A stretch of 64,000 nucleotides of DNA from an uncultured bacterium (GTDB taxonomy: Bacteria > Babelota > Babeliae > Babelales > Vermiphilaceae). The translations under genes and the position numbers were made by a program. Every line of letters starts with the position of its first letter. The stretch's first letter is position 1. Shown piece by piece: positions 58,849-64,000 of the stretch. The stretch spans positions 480,001-544,000 of the forward strand of contig OY969699.1 in NCBI GenBank assembly GCA_963702025.1, read 5' to 3'. The notes beneath the pieces are model-generated. The model saw nothing but the letters and a program-made list of their open reading frames with translations. It was not told where the DNA came from and ran no database searches.

Positions 58849-59976
58849 TCAGCCAAGATCCATTTCTAAGAGTTGAATATAGGAGCGGAACTGAAATAGT
58901 TTGTTGCGCTTTCTTTGTCCCATTTCATGTAAGATGCCTTTATTTACCAAATACATGATCATGGCATTTGCGGCGTTGTAACTTTTGTTTAACTGTGCCA
59001 GTTCTTTGGCATTAATAACGGGATATTGAAAGACTATTGATAGTGCATTTACGCGTTGTTCGTAAAGACGGGGAGATGGCTGATCTGCCAAGAGCTCTTC
59101 CTTTATTTGTTTTTCTAGCATTTCTATTGAATGGGCACGTTGATAGGCATCTTTGCTGCTCGCAATTATTCCTTCCAGGTAATAATGAATCCATCCCTCA
59201 AAGTCTTCCACTGTGCGCACTGCATCTAGCCGCCGGTAGTATTCTTGATGGTGCTTTTTAAAGAAATACGATGGATAGAGAATTGGTGAATATAATAATG
59301 TACTGTCAATTAACATCAAGATGATTAAAAGGCGACCAATTCGTCCATTACCGTCAAGAAATGGATGAATGGTTTCAAATTGAACATGGGCGAGGCCGGC
59401 TTTAATTAGCAGTGGCAATGAGTCATCCGTATTAATGTATTTTTCTAGATCTGCAATAAGATCGGGAACTAAATTTGCCGGTGGCGGCACTAAATTCTCT
59501 ACCCGTACCGGTTGCTTGCGATAATTACCGGGATTGGCCCGTTCTCCTTCCCCACCACTCATAAGCGCTTCATGTGCACTCATAATAATGCGAGCAGTAA
59601 GAGGTACTCCTTGTTTTTGCATAAGCGTTAAGGCAGTTTCTAGCGCTTTAGTATAATTGAGTACTAACTGAGTTTCTTTACTGGGCTTGGCGCCTTCTTC
59701 CATTGGCTGGGTAAACACTTCAATAATAGTGGTATGTATTCCTTCAATGGCCGATGAAAGAAGAGCTTCTTTAATTACATAGGCCTTTAGAAATCTTTGC
59801 GTATTAGGAATTCGTCGTGACATTTCATTCAGTTTTGCCAATTCTTGCATTGCATGACCGTATAAAGCGGTGAGTTCTGGGCTAAATTGGAATAGGGGAT
59901 TATGAGGGGGTAAGGGATCAGGGATAAAAAAATCTAAATGACCCAATTTTTGATAATGACCTGTTACGCGTTTCAT
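58849..59976 (-). CDS. Fic-family AMPylase with N-terminal inhibitory helix and C-terminal HTH
   Basis: HPFLDGNGRIGR; SSAIEG. Confidence 0.9.
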   Translation of the reverse strand: MKRVTGHYQKLGHLDFFIPDPLPPHNPLFQFSPELTALYGHAMQELAKLNEMSRRIPNTQRFLKAYVIKEALLSSAIEGIHTTIIEVFTQPMEEGAKPSKETQLVLNYTKALETALTLMQKQGVPLTARIIMSAHEALMSGGEGERANPGNYRKQPVRVENLVPPPANLVPDLIADLEKYINTDDSLPLLIKAGLAHVQFETIHPFLDGNGRIGRLLIILMLIDSTLLYSPILYPSYFFKKHHQEYYRRLDAVRTVEDFEGWIHYYLEGIIASSKDAYQRAHSIEMLEKQIKEELLADQPSPRLYEQRVNALSIVFQYPVINAKELAQLNKSYNAANAMIMYLVNKGILHEMGQRKRNKLFQFRSYIQLLEMDLG

Positions 59977-59982
59977 ATGTTC

Positions 59983-60067
59983 CTTATTTCAAAAATAGTA
60001 ATAAATATGAAATAAGAATAGCGAAAGTATATTCTTATTTCATGAATAGTCTGAAATATGAAATAAG
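59983..60067. promoter_or_regulatory. Tandem palindromic operators upstream of fic
   Basis: CTTATTTCA-N16-TGAAATAAG twice, 51 bp apart. Confidence 0.7.
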
Positions 60068-60280
60068 AAGATTTGCTCGGAATAAGGTGGAATTTCACAT
60101 CAGGAGTTGCTTTCGGCTATTTTTACTGAATTTTCCTCACATAATCTCACATGATCTCACATTGGCGATTAGGAGAAAAATGGATCTCGTTTGAAGCAGG
60201 GTGATGAAAGGGCTAAGTTCGAGGAAGGCAAAGCAACACGTTATAAGCTTATTAAATAATGCATTAGCTTCTCAATATCA

Positions 60281-61662
60281 TTATGGCAGTAGTTCATCGT
60301 CAGATGAATGTTTTTCTACTCGTTGTTTTTTATTCGAGATTTTTAAATCTGTTTTTTTGTTGTTTTGCATAGCTATATGTTTTTTTATGCACGCCGAAAT
60401 ATTAAAATTATTGTGTTCGAGAGCAATTTCCAAAGCGGTTTTACCGCGATAATTGCGTACCGTATAATCGCCTCCCGCTTCAAGAATTTTTCTGGTAATA
60501 GTTGAGTTATCGGCTAATGCTTGGCAGCCAGCATTAAGACGGTTGTTGTTTCTTTATCCATTTCATTGACTGTGGCTCCATGCTTTAAAAGAGCTTCGAC
60601 AATTCCTGAAGATCCAACTTCTACGGCACAATGTAATGCAGGCATTCCCCATTCATTTTTTATGGTGCTGCTCATGCCATGGGCAAGCAGTTCATTAACT
60701 ATCTTTAGATTGAAATTTCTTATTGCGTTAAAAAGCAACGTTCGGGCATATCCTTCTGCCATAGTTGCATCTTTAGGCATGCCATTAAGGCCTTCATTAT
60801 ATATTCTAAATAACAACAATAATGCTTTTTCATTATATTTGTTGTGTTCAGTTAATTTTTCTAAATAGATTAATGCTTGCGAAGAATTCTTGTAATCAAA
60901 AAGATATATCTGAGCCATTAAGCAATCACTGTTATCGGATGTATTAAAATCAGGGTTAGTATTTTTCCACCAGTTTTTGGCATTTGGTGTATCGAGGAGA
61001 CGTGCGGCGCCTAAAAGAGTTGCCTGCCTATCTTCCTGATATAATGGAAAATGAGCGGCAAGATAATGAATTGTTTTAAAATTGTCTTCAAGATTGCCTT
61101 GATCAATTTCTTTTTGCAACCACTGTACTATTTCCGGTATGGTGGTTGGTTTATGTGTAATAGCGGTGGGTCGCCCCAAAAGAATTAGTTTTGCACGGTT
61201 GAGTGATGTTTTTCTTTGGGTGAGCTCAATAATAAGTTTATAAACATCCAACGGTAAAAGTGTAAAATAGGTAGATCCGAAATCTAATGATTCTATCTCT
61301 TTTGGAATCGATAGGCATTTGCTGCTCTGCAATAACCAATCCAACGCTCCTCGTGTGGCAAGAATTTCTGCAACTTTTGCTCTGTCATCGCCGTTAGTTT
61401 GGTTGTAGAGTTTTTGTGTAAGAATTGTTATGAGGGTTTCGGTAGTGCCTGGATGATTAATTGATCTATTGAGTTTCTTATTAGTAAGTGCAAGTGAACG
61501 TATATCTTTACACACTTTATGAAGACCGGAATCTTGCGACATAAGATCTAAAGAGTGCTCATTAGTGATAAAATTTTTTAGTTGTTCTTCTATGCTCATG
61601 CCAAAAGCCATAGTATTTGCCAAAGCAAAGATAAGTAAACTATATTTTATGACAATTTTCAT
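60281..61662 (-). pseudogene. Secreted F-box-like/Sel1/ankyrin protein with a frameshift near 60520
   Basis: ORF stops mid-ankyrin; the alternate frame continues ALADNSTITRKILEAGGDYTVRNYRGKTALEIA to a stop at 60281. Confidence 0.75.
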
Positions 61663-61675
61663 GTATTTCTCTTTT

Positions 61676-62560
61676 TTATAATTTGCTCATTGGTTTTTGT
61701 TGAGCAAGAAATGGCGCGAAGAGCTCGGGTAGATCAAGAATATTTTGTTCCGCATATTCCCGCACATTTAGTTCACTTGCGCCGATAGTATTCACCGTTG
61801 AAAATGTATAGATATCTTCTAATACATTAGCTTTAAAATTGGTGCTTTTATGAACTTCCGTAAAATTTAGAACTGTTTTAATTATTTCTGAAATTCCCTC
61901 TAAATGGCCAGCTCCCGCGCAAAAAATAAAAACCTTATTTTTGCTATTAATTAATGCAGAATAAAAATCACAAAACATATTAACATCAAACAAATTGATT
62001 TCGGGAAGTATTTGATTTAAAGGATATGGAACAGATTCATATTTTTTACTGTAATAGCGGTTAATTGCTTCATTTGCGTAGTGAGCAAAGGTTTTATTTT
62101 TTTTATACAGAGGGCATGATTTTATTTTTTTTATGATTTCATTGCAAATACCATTATGGTAAAGATTGTTACTTTTTGAAAATTGCCGAAACTCGCTATT
62201 TGTTACTCCAACGTTGTTTATAAATAAAATGCCATATAAATTTGTTAGTGGACTTTTATCATTAGTATTTGCCGCTTTTATTTGAGTTGAAATGGGAGAA
62301 TCGAATTGCCCCGGATTATCGATATCCTCAACAAAACAATGTGCCTGTAATCGTTGTGCGATTTGCACAACCTCTGATTGTTGGGTTTGAGCTTGTTGGA
62401 TGGTTCCTGCATAATGTGCATCGCCCACCAAAATAGCGGCAACATCTTTTTTTAACAATATTTTATTATGGAAAAATACCGCATCCATGGTGCTGCAGGC
62501 AAATAATGAAATTGCTATGGTAAAAAATAGTGATAATTTTTTAAACATTATGCCCTCCAA
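61676..62560 (-). CDS. Secreted hypothetical protein, possibly TraB/ChaN/EreA-like fold
   Basis: LVGDAH...E...AGAGH pattern (weak). Confidence 0.55.
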   Translation of the reverse strand: MEGIMFKKLSLFFTIAISLFACSTMDAVFFHNKILLKKDVAAILVGDAHYAGTIQQAQTQQSEVVQIAQRLQAHCFVEDIDNPGQFDSPISTQIKAANTNDKSPLTNLYGILFINNVGVTNSEFRQFSKSNNLYHNGICNEIIKKIKSCPLYKKNKTFAHYANEAINRYYSKKYESVPYPLNQILPEINLFDVNMFCDFYSALINSKNKVFIFCAGAGHLEGISEIIKTVLNFTEVHKSTNFKANVLEDIYTFSTVNTIGASELNVREYAEQNILDLPELFAPFLAQQKPMSKL

Positions 62561-62610
62561 TCAAGAAAGATAAAGCGGGTATGTTACTACCCGCCTTAGT
62601 TAAAAGTGAA

Positions 62611-62820
62611 TTACGCTTGGTTAAATACGCGGTCCATAATTTTAACCGGGAATTGCGCTACTTGCGACATTCCTTTAAATGTAGCTGATGCTGCATCGAA
62701 AGGGAAAGAAGCTGCTTGCAAGAGCAATGGCTTTTGAGCCGGTTTGCTTTGCTTTGCATCAACTAATGTGCAAACTACCGCAATTACTGCTGCGCTGAGT
62801 AAAAGTGATTTAAAATTCAT
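62611..62820 (-). CDS. Small secreted protein
   Basis: GGAGG SD, signal peptide, downstream hairpin near 62573-62596. Confidence 0.6.
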   Translation of the reverse strand: MNFKSLLLSAAVIAVVCTLVDAKQSKPAQKPLLLQAASFPFDAASATFKGMSQVAQFPVKIMDRVFNQA

Positions 62821-62988
62821 AGAGTAAACCTCCATTATTGGTTATTAGTACTACAACTGTCTTTAATATAGCTTCAAATTTGACATGATCAGGTTCAAAA
62901 TTCAAGCTATAATTTCATAATAGCAAATATTTATTAAATGTAAAGGGGCCAATTTTAAACCTGAAAAAGGCTAAATACCCCTCTTAAG

Positions 62989-63572
62989 TCAAAAATTACG
63001 CAATATATAGCTGGCCCTCGCCTCATATTCAGCCTGGGCTTTTGCTACTGTCTCAGGTTTGGTGTGTGGCTTTAAACAGCGAGCAATGTTCAGGTTGTCA
63101 TGCTCACAGGCAACTTCATAGGGTGTTTTGCCATTCTTATTGCGGGAATTGGCATTAGCGCCGGCTGCCAGAAGCTTTTTAGTACGTTGGGATCATCAAA
63201 GCTTCTTGAAGCAGCCAATGTTAAAGGCGTTTCATATTTAATATCATAGTAAAGCTGTTCGGGATTCTGCCAATAATTAGGACTGACCCTTGCTTTTAAA
63301 AGTTCCTCAACAATGCTTGCATATCCTTTCTCTATGGCTATGGCCAAGGGGGTTTTGGCAAGGAAGTTGACATCAGGATCAATCTTTGCCTCAATACACT
63401 CCTTGATTTTTTTTAAATCTGCATTTTCTGCTGCGCGCCAGACATCAACCGGATCAAGAGGTTTTATTACGGCATTGCGCTTTTCTTTATCCTTATTTCC
63501 ATCGAAATTTTTTGATATCTCCATACCAAAAGCGGGCGTGCAGAGCAGTAATAATAGATATTTTCTGTTCAT
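62989..63572 (-). pseudogene. Secreted ankyrin protein with a frameshift at an A5 run (63176-63180)
   Basis: Adding one A restores KKLLAAGANANSRNKNGKTPYEVA. Confidence 0.75.
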
Positions 63573-63581
63573 ATTTATTCC

Positions 63582-63884
63582 TTATACGCTAAAACCAAAT
63601 CCAGCTCCGCCTGTTCCGAATGAAAATCCAAAACGAGGTCGTTCTACCGGTACCTCATACACAACCGGAGCAACGGGTGCGCAACAATAGCTGCACGGCG
63701 CCGCATAATAGTAGGGCCGATACACAACAGGCGCATATGCCGGTCTGCCAACGCTAAAGCCGAAGCTTACGCGCGGGCCACCATGATGGTGTCGGCGAAA
63801 ATGCGGTCGTGCGCTCATTACTGAGCCGGTTAATCCAAGAGCCATAAGGCCGGTCACAAGATATTTAACACAAATAGTATTCAT
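63582..63884 (-). CDS. Small secreted Gly/Pro/Tyr-rich protein
   Basis: GGAGG SD, signal peptide, repeated FGFS. Confidence 0.7.
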   Translation of the reverse strand: MNTICVKYLVTGLMALGLTGSVMSARPHFRRHHHGGPRVSFGFSVGRPAYAPVVYRPYYYAAPCSYCCAPVAPVVYEVPVERPRFGFSFGTGGAGFGFSV

Positions 63885-64000
63885 AAGATTTCCTCCAAAT
63901 AATTAATTAACATTAAACTAATTTTTCTTTTTTAAATGTTTTTTTATACGTTTCAATAAATTTTACGCAATTTCTCGCCTTATTAAAAAGAGCATGAGAA

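Noticed and set aside
60201..60452. 83-aa plus-strand ORF
   Set aside because: Antisense to the frameshifted C-terminus of the ankyrin gene.

Overview
AT-rich bacterial chromosomal segment with the profile of an obligate intracellular symbiont or parasite of protists. It most resembles Candidatus Dependentiae/Babelota (TM6); this is inferred from the many signal-peptide and ankyrin ORFans and the gene content, not from an rRNA marker. Core genes recognised: rnhB, rpsF, rpsR, typA, truA, gpmI, rsmE, tsaB, ruvX/yqgF, murE, hppA, nrdAB (class Ic, Mn/Fe type), pgi-zwf-gnd. Accessory genes: ankyrin/F-box-like proteins, three secreted kinase-like paralogs, six tandem GT17 glycosyltransferases plus a GT11, a sulfotransferase, a YafQ-type toxin-antitoxin pair, a Fic protein, two NamZ paralogs and a trimeric fibre with an S74 chaperone domain. 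No rRNA, tRNA, CRISPR array, integrase or transposase was seen. Most notable: (1) a dispersed REP-like palindromic repeat family with covarying stems, one inverted pair of which flanks a small GIY-YIG nuclease bounded by a duplicated 3' end of typA; (2) a twice-present ~570-605 nt highly structured non-coding element with mirrored arms and a variable centre, linked by sequence to the 3' end of rnhB; (3) several accessory genes inserted with duplication of a neighbouring gene end, start or terminator; (4) a recurrent signal-peptide end that would leave Met-Glu/Gln at the mature N-terminus of putative effectors.
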